52,154 bases of DNA from Candidatus Micrarchaeota archaeon (GCA_027315135.1 DAHUYR010000036.1:1-52154); one strand, 5' to 3'. Positions 8,989 to 17,907 are shown, counted from the first letter of the stretch. The notes: generated by a model from the sequence alone, not told the origin. A program made the numbers and translations.

Positions 8989-9791
8989 TTTGTCACCAAC
9001 CCTGCTTTTCTAATCATATTCTCAAATTCCTGCTTCACAGAACTGTCATGTAGCACAGGTACTCTTCCAGAGTCACTCATCTCTCCAAATATCTTATTTG
9101 CCGTAACCTTGCCGACCAAATCGCAGCCAAGCTCCGCAGCAACCTCCTCTCCCCCATTTCCGCTACCGTCAGACATGTTTTCAACCACTCCAAGAAGAGC
9201 CACCCCAAGCCTTTTTGCCATCATCCCTGACCTTATGGTATTTACTGCTGATATATGCCTGGGTGTAGTAACAAGCAAGAAGCCGTCCAAAGACAGCAGC
9301 TGTATTATTGACAGAGGAGCATCGCTGGTTCCAGGAGGCAGATCTATTATAAGATAATCTAAAGGCCCCCAATCTGTATTGTCAAGAAACTCGCGTATCA
9401 TCTTCGCAACGAGCGGCCCCCTCCATATTATCGGCTTTTTCACATCGTCAACAAACATGGAAGTCGAAACAACCTTCACGCCATCCTTCTCTGCAGGCTT
9501 GAGCGGATACTCATCAGAAAAGGCTCCTTTTATTCCAAGGAACATCAGCGTATTAGGGCAGTCAATGTCAGCGTCAATCAAGCCGACTTTGTAACCCATG
9601 CTGCTAAGTGTAAAGGCTGTGTTAACTGCTACGGTGGTCTTTCCCACCCCTCCTTTCGCGCTGTAAACTCCTATCTTATGTTTTATATTGGAGAGCTTCT
9701 GATTTATGTTCTTCTTATCCTCTATCACTCTAAGTATGGATGAGTGCATCATATTCGTTCCTGCTCCTTGATTCTGTTCAGTGTCAGCCAT
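8985..9791 (-). CDS. Mrp/NBP35-family ATPase (Fe-S cluster carrier, ApbC-like)
   Basis: Deviant Walker A SAKGGVGKTT, plus GLIDADIDCPN and VENMS motifs. The ATG is at 9791; the track's longer ORF starts at TTG 9803. Confidence 0.85.
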   Translation of the reverse strand: MADTEQNQGAGTNMMHSSILRVIEDKKNINQKLSNIKHKIGVYSAKGGVGKTTVAVNTAFTLSSMGYKVGLIDADIDCPNTLMFLGIKGAFSDEYPLKPAEKDGVKVVSTSMFVDDVKKPIIWRGPLVAKMIREFLDNTDWGPLDYLIIDLPPGTSDAPLSIIQLLSLDGFLLVTTPRHISAVNTIRSGMMAKRLGVALLGVVENMSDGSGNGGEEVAAELGCDLVGKVTANKIFGEMSDSGRVPVLHDSSVKQEFENMIRKAGLVTK

Positions 9792-9924
9792 AGATTTCCC
9801 CAAGAATTAATAGTGCATTACTATATGAGCATATAGTATATAAATTAAATGAAGTAAAAGGTTATAGCGAGCTTAAGCCCATCCTATAACCGAAACCATT
9901 ACGGGTACCATACAAACGGGGCAT

Positions 9925-9940
9925 CTGAAAGTTCTTTCAG
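9925..9940. promoter_or_regulatory. perfect 7-bp-arm palindrome CTGAAAG-TT-CTTTCAG abutting the TATA region of surface-protein gene A
   Basis: Read directly: ctgaaagttctttcag. TATA-like elements follow immediately. Confidence 0.3.
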
Positions 9941-9958
9941 TATAAAAAGTTATATATA
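9941..9958 (+). promoter_or_regulatory. TATA-box-like elements (tataaaaa / ttatatata) upstream of 9981 ATG
   Basis: The AT-rich box lies 23-40 nt upstream of the start codon. That spacing implies a leaderless or very short-leader mRNA. Confidence 0.35.
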
Positions 9959-9980
9959 CTGTAGCCAAATAAATTACAAT

Positions 9981-12900
9981 ATGGGTTCGGTTTCAGAAAA
10001 CCAAGGTTCAATCACATTCCTACTTCTACTTACTATTGCAATTTCAGCATTTTTTCTCCCTAGCGTTGGCGCATCTGCTTTTACTGCAACACCTGGCTCG
10101 TTCACTCTCTCAAACACAATAATAGACGTAGGACAGATCTCCGTTGCAAACACAGTGATAAGCGGCGGTTCAGGAGGCCCATATTCTGGCCAATGGTCCG
10201 AATTTAATGCAAATCAGATAAACAATCAAGTGATAAACACAATCACAGTTGGCTCCCTTCCCTACAGCGCAGCCTTCAACCCTTCCGGAACGCTTGCATA
10301 TGTGTTGAACTCCTTCTCAAACACAGCAAACGTAATCAACACAGCAACCAATACTGTGATACATACAATAACTGTAGGCTCCAACCCCGAGAGCGTGGCC
10401 TTCAGCCCTTCAGGAACGCTTGCATACGTAGTAAACGATGGATCAGGCACTGTAAACGTAATCAACGTAGCAACCAACACAGTGATACACACAATAACCG
10501 TGGGCAACGGTCCCTATACTGCAGCCTTCAGCCCTTCAGGAACGTTAGCCTACGTAACGGGAGGTTCAAACACCATAAGTGTAATCAACGTAGCAACCAA
10601 CACAGTGATAAACACAAGAACCGTGGGCAACACTCCTTATGGCGTAGCCTTCTCCCCTTCAGGAACACTCGCATACGTGACGAATCAAGGCTCAAACACC
10701 ATAAGTGTAATCAACACAGCAACCAACACAGTGATAAACACAATAACCGTTGGCACAACTCCATACAATGTGGCCGTCAACCCTTCAGGAACACTTGCAT
10801 ATGTGGTGAACAAAGGCTCAGATACCACAAGTGTAATCAACACAGCAACCAACACAGTGATAAACACAATAACCGTGGGCACCAGTCCTTTTAGTGTGGC
10901 CTTCAACCCTTCCGGAACACTTGCATACGTGTTGAACTCCTTCTCAAACAACGCAAGCGTAATCAACGTAGCAACCAACACAGTGATAAATACAGCAACT
11001 ACAGGCTCCGGACCGGTTGGTGTAGCCTTCAACCCTTCCGGAACACTTGCATACGTGGTTAATGAAAACTCAAACAATGTAAGCGTAATCGGAAACCTTC
11101 CAGAAACATCTATACAAGAACTTCCACAGACATCAAATGCTCTATCACTTACTATAAACGCTCAGAACAGCAATACACTCTCTCTAACCTTCAACGGAGT
11201 TGCTTACACAGAAAGTACAGGCTCTAACAGCATTTACGGCACATGGTCCCTCTACGGATTCGCACAGGACAACGGCACCAAAATATACTACTACGGCAGC
11301 AACACTCTTCTCCTTTCAAATTCATTGACCATAAATCCCGCGCTTACTGTTGGTTCCGTGACCCCTGCGTTATTAACAACAGATGGTGGCCAGAGCGTAA
11401 CACTTACAGGAACATGGTCAGGCGGAACTTCTCCATACACAGCCAAGTGGTATACAGGACCTGCAGGGAATACCTGTGCAGAGGACAGTACAAACATCCT
11501 TGCAACACATTCAGGATTGTCATTAACATCCAACTCCATATCTGTAACTCCTACTACTACAAACTCCTACTGCATAGGAGTGACGGATTCAGCCAGTACT
11601 CCGGTAACTCAACTCTCGGCAAATGATGTAGTAACAGTCAACCCTGCCTTATCCGTTCCAACAATCAGCCCATCAAACCCAACAATAAATTCAGGACAGT
11701 CAGTAACCTTTACAGCTTCATGGACAGGAGGTACGCCGATTTATGGTTCATCCCTGTATTCTTCAACAACCCCATCAACCTGCAACCAACAATCAACCCT
11801 TGTACAGCAGGTCACAGGCATTTCAACAACATCTGTCACGTTCTCTCCAGTAACTCCTAATTCAAATACCTATTACTGCGTCTTTACTACAGACGATATT
11901 GTAAATTTCTACTCAATATCAAATGCGATAATCTCTGGCATCAGTGCTCCTTCAGGAGTATCTATCTCCCCTTCAGGAACGTTAGCCTACGTGGCAAATG
12001 AAGGTAGTGATAATGTAGTGATCATCAATACAGCAACCAATTCAGTAACAGCTTCCATAACCTCTGGCTTTAGTGATATTCAAGGAGTATCTATCTCCCC
12101 TTCAGGAACCTATGCCTACGTAACCAACTGTAATATAACATGTGCTTTTGCCAACATCCCTGACAATGTAGTGATCATAAACACAGCAACAAACTCAGTA
12201 ACAGCTTCCATAACCTCTGGTTTCAATATTCCTTATCCAATATCCTTCTCCCCTTCCGGCACCTATGCCTACGTGGCAAATCAAGGTAGTAATAATGTAG
12301 TGATCATCAACACAGCAACAAACTCAGTAACAGCTTCCATAACCTCTGGCTTCAGCAATCCTGCAGGAGTAGCCTTCTCCCCTTCCGGCACCTATGCCTA
12401 TGTTACAAATCTGAATACCAACAATGTAGTAATCATCAACACGGTCACCAATTCAGTAATCGGTTCCATAACCTCTGGCTTCAGCGGTCCTGAAGAAGTA
12501 TCCATCTCCCCTTCCGGCACCTATGCCTACGTAACAAATTTTAACTCCAACAATGTAGTAATCATCAACACGGTCACCAATTCAGTAATCGGTTCCATAA
12601 CCTCTGGCTTCAACGAGCCTTCAGGAGTATCATTCTTTCCTTCAGGAAGCTATGCGTATGCAACAAACCTTGGCTCTAGCAATGTAGTAATCATCAATAC
12701 AGGAGCGGATATACCCAACAGCATAAACTCTGAAGTTATGATAAACACTGGAACTTCAGTCAGCAACCCATATGCAGGCGGATCCACAGGATTCTTTGGG
12801 CACCTGCCTGGGGCAACAACAATAACCTCATCTTCAACTACAACAGCCACAACAACTGCACCAACCACTTCTGCCGTCATAACTGCGCCTGTAATAACAG

Positions 12901-13469
12901 CATCAGGTACAACGGCTCAGATATGCAATGACACACATGGATACAGTGTGAATTATCCTTTGCTAAACTCAACCTTCTACTTCAAACCATCGGCTTCATC
13001 ATGCTTCAATGTAACTGCCAGCAATGCCTCCTCAACATACATCGGTTCAAACAGTGAAATAATAAGGGCAATAAATTACTCATTCAGCAACAACCGCATA
13101 CTATCAAACCTGACTATCTATTACCCAAGCAGTACTGCACCATCTGTACTACTCCCAGTCATCCTGAAGAATGGCACATGGGATGGGATAACTCCATTCA
13201 CAGTAAATGTCGCAGCGCATACGGTCACATTTGCAGCCCCTACAGGTCATGTTGTCGCACTGTTAAACACATCCAAATCAGGCATCACGACCAACACTAC
13301 TACAAACGCTACGACTTCTCTGAATACAACAACTGCGCAGACTACTCTTCCTTCAGCAATCCAGGGAAATAACTCCTCTTCATGGGAGATAGTTGCAATA
13401 GTTGTAGTTGTCATAATAGCGATTGCAATTCTAGTTTATCTGTGGCTAAGGACAAACAGGAAGTGGTGA
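9981..13469 (+). CDS. giant surface protein A: signal peptide, 7x YVTN propeller repeats, PKD/Ig-like modules, 6x YVTN repeats, sequon-rich module, C-terminal TM anchor
   Basis: N-terminal signal ITFLLLLTIAISAFFLPSVGASA. The unit ..AFSPSGTLAYV.N..SN..SVIN.ATNTVI.TI recurs. Modules of the form SGQSVTFTASWTGGTP.Y...C...SYC are present. The C-terminus is WEIVAIVVVVIIAIAILVYLWLRTNRKW. Confidence 0.9.
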   Translation: MGSVSENQGSITFLLLLTIAISAFFLPSVGASAFTATPGSFTLSNTIIDVGQISVANTVISGGSGGPYSGQWSEFNANQINNQVINTITVGSLPYSAAFNPSGTLAYVLNSFSNTANVINTATNTVIHTITVGSNPESVAFSPSGTLAYVVNDGSGTVNVINVATNTVIHTITVGNGPYTAAFSPSGTLAYVTGGSNTISVINVATNTVINTRTVGNTPYGVAFSPSGTLAYVTNQGSNTISVINTATNTVINTITVGTTPYNVAVNPSGTLAYVVNKGSDTTSVINTATNTVINTITVGTSPFSVAFNPSGTLAYVLNSFSNNASVINVATNTVINTATTGSGPVGVAFNPSGTLAYVVNENSNNVSVIGNLPETSIQELPQTSNALSLTINAQNSNTLSLTFNGVAYTESTGSNSIYGTWSLYGFAQDNGTKIYYYGSNTLLLSNSLTINPALTVGSVTPALLTTDGGQSVTLTGTWSGGTSPYTAKWYTGPAGNTCAEDSTNILATHSGLSLTSNSISVTPTTTNSYCIGVTDSASTPVTQLSANDVVTVNPALSVPTISPSNPTINSGQSVTFTASWTGGTPIYGSSLYSSTTPSTCNQQSTLVQQVTGISTTSVTFSPVTPNSNTYYCVFTTDDIVNFYSISNAIISGISAPSGVSISPSGTLAYVANEGSDNVVIINTATNSVTASITSGFSDIQGVSISPSGTYAYVTNCNITCAFANIPDNVVIINTATNSVTASITSGFNIPYPISFSPSGTYAYVANQGSNNVVIINTATNSVTASITSGFSNPAGVAFSPSGTYAYVTNLNTNNVVIINTVTNSVIGSITSGFSGPEEVSISPSGTYAYVTNFNSNNVVIINTVTNSVIGSITSGFNEPSGVSFFPSGSYAYATNLGSSNVVIINTGADIPNSINSEVMINTGTSVSNPYAGGSTGFFGHLPGATTITSSSTTTATTTAPTTSAVITAPVITASGTTAQICNDTHGYSVNYPLLNSTFYFKPSASSCFNVTASNASSTYIGSNSEIIRAINYSFSNNRILSNLTIYYPSSTAPSVLLPVILKNGTWDGITPFTVNVAAHTVTFAAPTGHVVALLNTSKSGITTNTTTNATTSLNTTTAQTTLPSAIQGNNSSSWEIVAIVVVVIIAIAILVYLWLRTNRKW
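10221..11090 (+). repeat. coding tandem repeat array, 7 units of about 123-126 bp (YVTN beta-propeller blades), protein A block 1
   Basis: The unit caaccaacacagtgata(a/c)acacaataaccgt(g/t)ggc recurs at about 10471, 10594, 10718, 10844 and 10972. At protein level PSGTLAYV occurs 7 times. Confidence 0.85.
11928..12706 (+). repeat. coding tandem repeat array, 6 YVTN units of about 126-150 bp, protein A block 2
   Basis: SPSGTYAYV(T/A)N..(S/T)NNVVIINT occurs 6 times. Tracts 12421-12483 and 12550-12612 are identical 63-mers. Confidence 0.85.
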
Positions 13470-13901
13470 CCCTAAAATAAGGGACATCTGCTTAATCAAA
13501 ACCAAACCCTATGCTACTATGCTTTTGTTGGCAATTGTCACCTTGCAGAAGATAAACCCGCATGAAAAACAGAAGGATCAGACTGGGAAATGCCAGAAGG
13601 CTGTGCCTCAGCGCTTGTACCTATGCATAGACACGGACGATGAAAAAAGTGTAAGACACATACTCGGAATCCTCAAAGTCAGGATCATTCCAAGAATCAG
13701 CTGCCTTGTATCTCCTCACCCAATTACACCGTAAAGAAAATATAACGAACACATATAAGATGGCGAGAAGAATCGAACATTAACACAGATGTCTAGAATT
13801 TACCTTTTTACTGAGGTACCTTTACGGAACAACTCCCATAGCTAAACTCCCACATTTATTAATATCGCATAATTAAATAATATGAACAAGTGGGCTAACC
13901 T

Positions 13902-16900
13902 ATGAAGCTAATATCATACTTTGCTCTTACTATATCTGTAGTAATACTACTCTCATTATCATATTCAGTAGCTGCAACTACTACATTATCAATATCTTCA
14001 ATAACTCCTTCAAATCCTAACGTAGATAGCGGCCAATCCATTACCATCACTGCAGCGTGGTCAGGCGGAACCTCTCCATATACTGTAACGTGGTATACGG
14101 GCCCTGACGGGACTACCTGCCTTCAGGAATCGGCAAACGCACTCGCAACGTACACGGGTCTATCAGGCACATCAAATAGCCTATTGGTCTCCCCTGCGAC
14201 AACCAATTCCTACTGCATAGGCGTGACGGACTCAGAATCTCCAGCAGTGACACAATTATCCTTGAACTACAGTATAAGCGCTGGGATAACCTCAGGATTC
14301 AATAATCCGCTCGGAGTAGCATTCTCCCCATCAAATACATATGCATACGTGACGAACCAGAATACCAATAACGTAGTTATCATAAACACAGCAACTAACA
14401 CTGTAATAAACTCAATAACTTCTGGGTTTAATAACCCGCAAGAGGTAGCATTCTCCCCAGGCGGTACATATGCCTATGTTGCGAACTGGAACTCTAATAA
14501 TGTAGTAATCATCAACACAGCAACCAACACCGTAGTAAATGCGATAACCTCCAGCCTTAATTCTCCTTACGGAGTAGCCTTCTCCCCTTCCGGCACCTAC
14601 GCCTATGTTACAAATTCAGGCACCGGCAATGTGGTAATTATTAGCACAGCAACCAATACGGTAACTGGAGTTATCAACCCATTTGATACGGGAGGTGCGT
14701 CAGGAGTAGCATTTTCCCCTTCCGGCACCTATGCCTACGTAGCAAACAGCGGCAGTAGCAACATAGCTATAATCAACACAGCAACCAATACGGTAACTGG
14801 TTACATTACATCTGGTTTTGGCAATTTTGATCCTGAAGGAGTATCCTTCTCCCCTTCAGGAACCTATGCCTATGTGGTAAACAAATATGCGGACAATGTG
14901 ATGATAATTAACACAGCTACCAATACCGTGGAAGGTTCGATACACGTGAGTTTCAGCAACCCGGAAGAAGCAGCCTTTCTTCCGTCTGGTAATTATGTCT
15001 ACATAAGTAATTCTGGGTCCAACAATGTGACTATAATAAAGCCAGGACTAGGCGCAGAAACAACAAACCTAATATATTCTAACATAACAGTAAATCCTGC
15101 CCTAGGCATTCCTTCCTTATCCCCATCAAATCCGAAAATGGATTCCGGAAGTTCAGTTACTCTGGTAGCATCGTGGTCCGGCGGAACACCTACATATACG
15201 GTCAAATGGTATACAGGACCATCAGGAAATACCTGTACTCAGGATTCTGCAAATATAATTGCAACACATTCTTCAATAACCGGCACTTCAGATGTTTTAT
15301 CGGTCAGCCCAACAGCAACCAACAGTTACTGTATAGAAGTAATAGACAGTGCTTCATCTCCTGAAACGACTGTTTCAAGCACAGTTGATACAAGCATAAA
15401 TTCTGCTCTTTCCATCCCTACACTATCTCCATCCAATCCTTCAATAGACGCTGGACAGTCAATTACGCTATCATCCACATGGTCCGGCGGAACCTCAACC
15501 TATGGAGCATCATTATACTCATCTTCAACTTCAGCATGCGATACAGAATCCAATCTTGTCCAACAAACGGTTGGACTTACATCAAATACAATAACGTTTT
15601 CCTCAATATCCCCAGATTCAAGCACCTATTACTGTTCATTTATCACTGATAACACTTCAGATTCATATTCTGTAAACAGTGCAATAACATCTGGATTATC
15701 CCAACCAATTGGGCTAGCATTTTCCCCTTCCGGCACCTATGCATATGTTACAAATCAGAATGCCAACAATGTAGTGATAATCAACACAGCAACCAACACC
15801 GTAGTAAACACAATAACCTCCGGTTTCAATGCACCCATGGGGGTAGCCATCTCCCCTTCCGGAACCTATGCATACGTCGTAAACTATAACTCAAACAATG
15901 TAGTGATAATCAACACAGCAACCAACACCGTAGTAAATGCGATAATCTTTGGTATATCCGGACCACGAGGAGACGTAGCCTTCTCCCCAAGTGGTACATA
16001 TGCCTACGTGGCAAATTGTGGTTCTCCATGTGGCGGAGTTGGCAACGGCAATATAGTAATAATCAACACAGCAACCAACACGGTTTCAGGTGCAATAACC
16101 TCAGGTTTTTATTATCCGGTTGGCATAGCCTTCTCCCCTTCAGGAACCTATGCCTATGTAGCAAACAGTGGCAGCAGCAACGTAGTGATAATCAATACTG
16201 CTTCAAACTCAGTTATTAATTCAATAACATCAGGAATAAACGGCCCGTACGGAGTGGCACTTGCCCCTTCAGGAACCTATGCCTACGTTACAAACTTTAA
16301 CAGCAACAACGTAGTAGTAATCAATACTGCTACAAATACCGTAACAAGCGTCATAGTCTCTGGCATGTACTACCCATCAGGAGTAGCGTTTTCCCCAGGC
16401 GGTACATATGCTTATGCATCAGATTACTACGGAACCAATAATGTAATGATCATCAATACAAAGGCATTGACAACCAACAGCATAACAGAGGAAATAACAG
16501 TAAATCCTGCCCTTTCAGCACCATTAATCTCTCCATCCAATCCTTCAATAGACAGCGGACAGTCAGTAACCTTCAGCGGCACATGGTCCGGCGGAACTCC
16601 AGACTATACTGCAAAACTCTATTCTTCAACAACCTCAACTTGTAATTCAGGCAGCACCTTAGTACAGACGCAGGGTAGTCTAACCTCAGGAAGCACAATA
16701 TTCAGTTCGGTCAGCCCAACCACAGCCACATACTACTGCATATCTGTATCGGATTCCGCTGCAACAGTATCTACTACTAACTCGATAAACAGTGAAGTTA
16801 CAGTAAACCCCGCCCTGGCAGTCCCGACACTTTCTCCTGTATCATCAACAGTTGACTATGGTCAGAGTGCTACGCTGACAGCAGCGTGGTCCGGAGGAAG

Positions 16901-17828
16901 CAGTCCTTATACTGTCACATGGTATACTGGCCCTATGGGAAATACCTGTTCGCAGGACAGTGCAAACGTCCTTGCAACATATGCTGGAATATTAGGAACC
17001 TCAAATAGCCTACAGGTAAGTCCTGCAACTTCAAACAGCTACTGCGTCGGCATAACAGATTCTGCTTTATCTCAGGAAACGCACCTGACATCAAATGCCG
17101 TGGTAAACATCGCGCTTAATTCCACATCAAAGCAGGTAACCAACCCTTATGCAGGAGGATCTACGGGCTTCTTCGGTCACCTGCCTGGGGCAACAACAAT
17201 AACATCATCTTCGACTACCACAGCTACAACAACCACTGCGTCAACCACAACTACCGAGATAACTGTGCCTGTAATAACAGCATCAGGTACAACGGTCCAT
17301 GTGTGCAATGACACACATGGCTATAGTGTAAATTATCCTTTGCTAAACTCAACCTTCTACTTCAAACCATCGGCTTCATCATGCTTCAATGTAACTGCCA
17401 GCAATGCCACCTCAACATACATCAGTTCAAACAGTGAAATAATAAGGGCAATAAATTACTCATTCAGCAACAGCAGTATAATGTCAAACCTGACAATACA
17501 CTACCGGTGCAATGCTAGGCCTTCGGACATCTACCCATACCTACTGATGAATAATATATGGAAGGAAATAACCCCGTTCACAGTTAATGTTGCAGCCTGC
17601 ACCATAACGTTTGAAGCTCCTGCAGACCCTATCATTGCAGTACTATATTTGACACATTCTAATTCAACAAACGTAACCTCCACTACAAACACTACTGTTG
17701 CAACAATTATATCAAATACGACTCAACAGCAACCAGGCATTAACATATTTTGGGTAATTGCAATAGTGATAGTAGTTATAGCCATACTGGCTGTCGTTTA
17801 TTATATAAATAAGAGACGAAGTTTATAA
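13902..17828 (+). CDS. giant surface protein B: signal peptide, PKD-like, 6x YVTN, 2x PKD-like, 6x YVTN, 2x PKD-like, sequon-rich module, TM anchor
   Basis: Signal MKLISYFALTISVVILLSLSYSVAA and repeated AFSPSGTYAYV.N units. The C-terminal module is nearly identical to that of A. The C-terminus is IFWVIAIVIVVIAILAVVYYINKRRSL. Confidence 0.9.
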   Translation: MKLISYFALTISVVILLSLSYSVAATTTLSISSITPSNPNVDSGQSITITAAWSGGTSPYTVTWYTGPDGTTCLQESANALATYTGLSGTSNSLLVSPATTNSYCIGVTDSESPAVTQLSLNYSISAGITSGFNNPLGVAFSPSNTYAYVTNQNTNNVVIINTATNTVINSITSGFNNPQEVAFSPGGTYAYVANWNSNNVVIINTATNTVVNAITSSLNSPYGVAFSPSGTYAYVTNSGTGNVVIISTATNTVTGVINPFDTGGASGVAFSPSGTYAYVANSGSSNIAIINTATNTVTGYITSGFGNFDPEGVSFSPSGTYAYVVNKYADNVMIINTATNTVEGSIHVSFSNPEEAAFLPSGNYVYISNSGSNNVTIIKPGLGAETTNLIYSNITVNPALGIPSLSPSNPKMDSGSSVTLVASWSGGTPTYTVKWYTGPSGNTCTQDSANIIATHSSITGTSDVLSVSPTATNSYCIEVIDSASSPETTVSSTVDTSINSALSIPTLSPSNPSIDAGQSITLSSTWSGGTSTYGASLYSSSTSACDTESNLVQQTVGLTSNTITFSSISPDSSTYYCSFITDNTSDSYSVNSAITSGLSQPIGLAFSPSGTYAYVTNQNANNVVIINTATNTVVNTITSGFNAPMGVAISPSGTYAYVVNYNSNNVVIINTATNTVVNAIIFGISGPRGDVAFSPSGTYAYVANCGSPCGGVGNGNIVIINTATNTVSGAITSGFYYPVGIAFSPSGTYAYVANSGSSNVVIINTASNSVINSITSGINGPYGVALAPSGTYAYVTNFNSNNVVVINTATNTVTSVIVSGMYYPSGVAFSPGGTYAYASDYYGTNNVMIINTKALTTNSITEEITVNPALSAPLISPSNPSIDSGQSVTFSGTWSGGTPDYTAKLYSSTTSTCNSGSTLVQTQGSLTSGSTIFSSVSPTTATYYCISVSDSAATVSTTNSINSEVTVNPALAVPTLSPVSSTVDYGQSATLTAAWSGGSSPYTVTWYTGPMGNTCSQDSANVLATYAGILGTSNSLQVSPATSNSYCVGITDSALSQETHLTSNAVVNIALNSTSKQVTNPYAGGSTGFFGHLPGATTITSSSTTTATTTTASTTTTEITVPVITASGTTVHVCNDTHGYSVNYPLLNSTFYFKPSASSCFNVTASNATSTYISSNSEIIRAINYSFSNSSIMSNLTIHYRCNARPSDIYPYLLMNNIWKEITPFTVNVAACTITFEAPADPIIAVLYLTHSNSTNVTSTTNTTVATIISNTTQQQPGINIFWVIAIVIVVIAILAVVYYINKRRSL
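14275..15046 (+). repeat. coding YVTN repeat array (6 units), protein B block 1
   Basis: Six units of the form (G/E)VAFSP(S/G)(G/N)TYAYV.N......V.II.TATNTV. Confidence 0.8.
15679..16466 (+). repeat. coding YVTN repeat array (6 units), protein B block 2
   Basis: Six units. aatgtagtgataatcaacacagcaaccaacaccgtagtaaa recurs at about 15768 and 15897. Confidence 0.8.
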
Positions 17829-17907
17829 TGACTGAATAATGCAGTGTGCTCGCGATTTAAAGTCAAACTTATAAAGACACATATTCTAAATATATCTCGG
17901 TAAACTG

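Noticed and set aside
10221-12706. Regularly spaced 123-129-bp direct repeats that could superficially suggest a CRISPR or satellite array
   Set aside because: The repeats are in frame inside one long ORF and translate to YVTN propeller blades. The units are contiguous with no spacers, and no cas genes are present.
12766-13469. Sortase/archaeosortase-type sorting signal (HLPGATT resembling LPXTG; C-terminal TM plus basic tail resembling PGF-CTERM/PEP-CTERM)
   Set aside because: HLPGATT lies about 230 residues from the C-terminus and is not followed by a TM helix. The residues preceding the terminal TM helices differ among A, B and C (SSW, NIFW, YSGG), so there is no conserved signature motif. 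I treat these as plain tail anchors.
13519-13734. 71-aa track ORF in the A/B spacer
   Set aside because: No SD or promoter context, no recognisable domain, and a composition unlike neighbouring genes. It is likely a chance ORF.
13758-13790. tRNA-like fragment (tggcgagaagaatcgaacattaac resembles the reverse complement of a tRNA 3' end/T-arm), a possible integration scar
   Set aside because: The flanks of the AATCGAA loop are not complementary, so there is no T stem. No acceptor pairing partner was found and no integrase is nearby.
12881-17472. Diversity-generating retroelement (template/variable repeat pair), suggested because the two mismatches in the 142-bp A/B identical tract are A in one copy and non-A in the other
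   Set aside because: There is no reverse transcriptase in the window. Adjacent mismatches include C/T changes not involving adenine, both copies lie in homologous positions of paralogous genes, and there is no C-type-lectin-like end. Gene conversion explains the pattern more simply.
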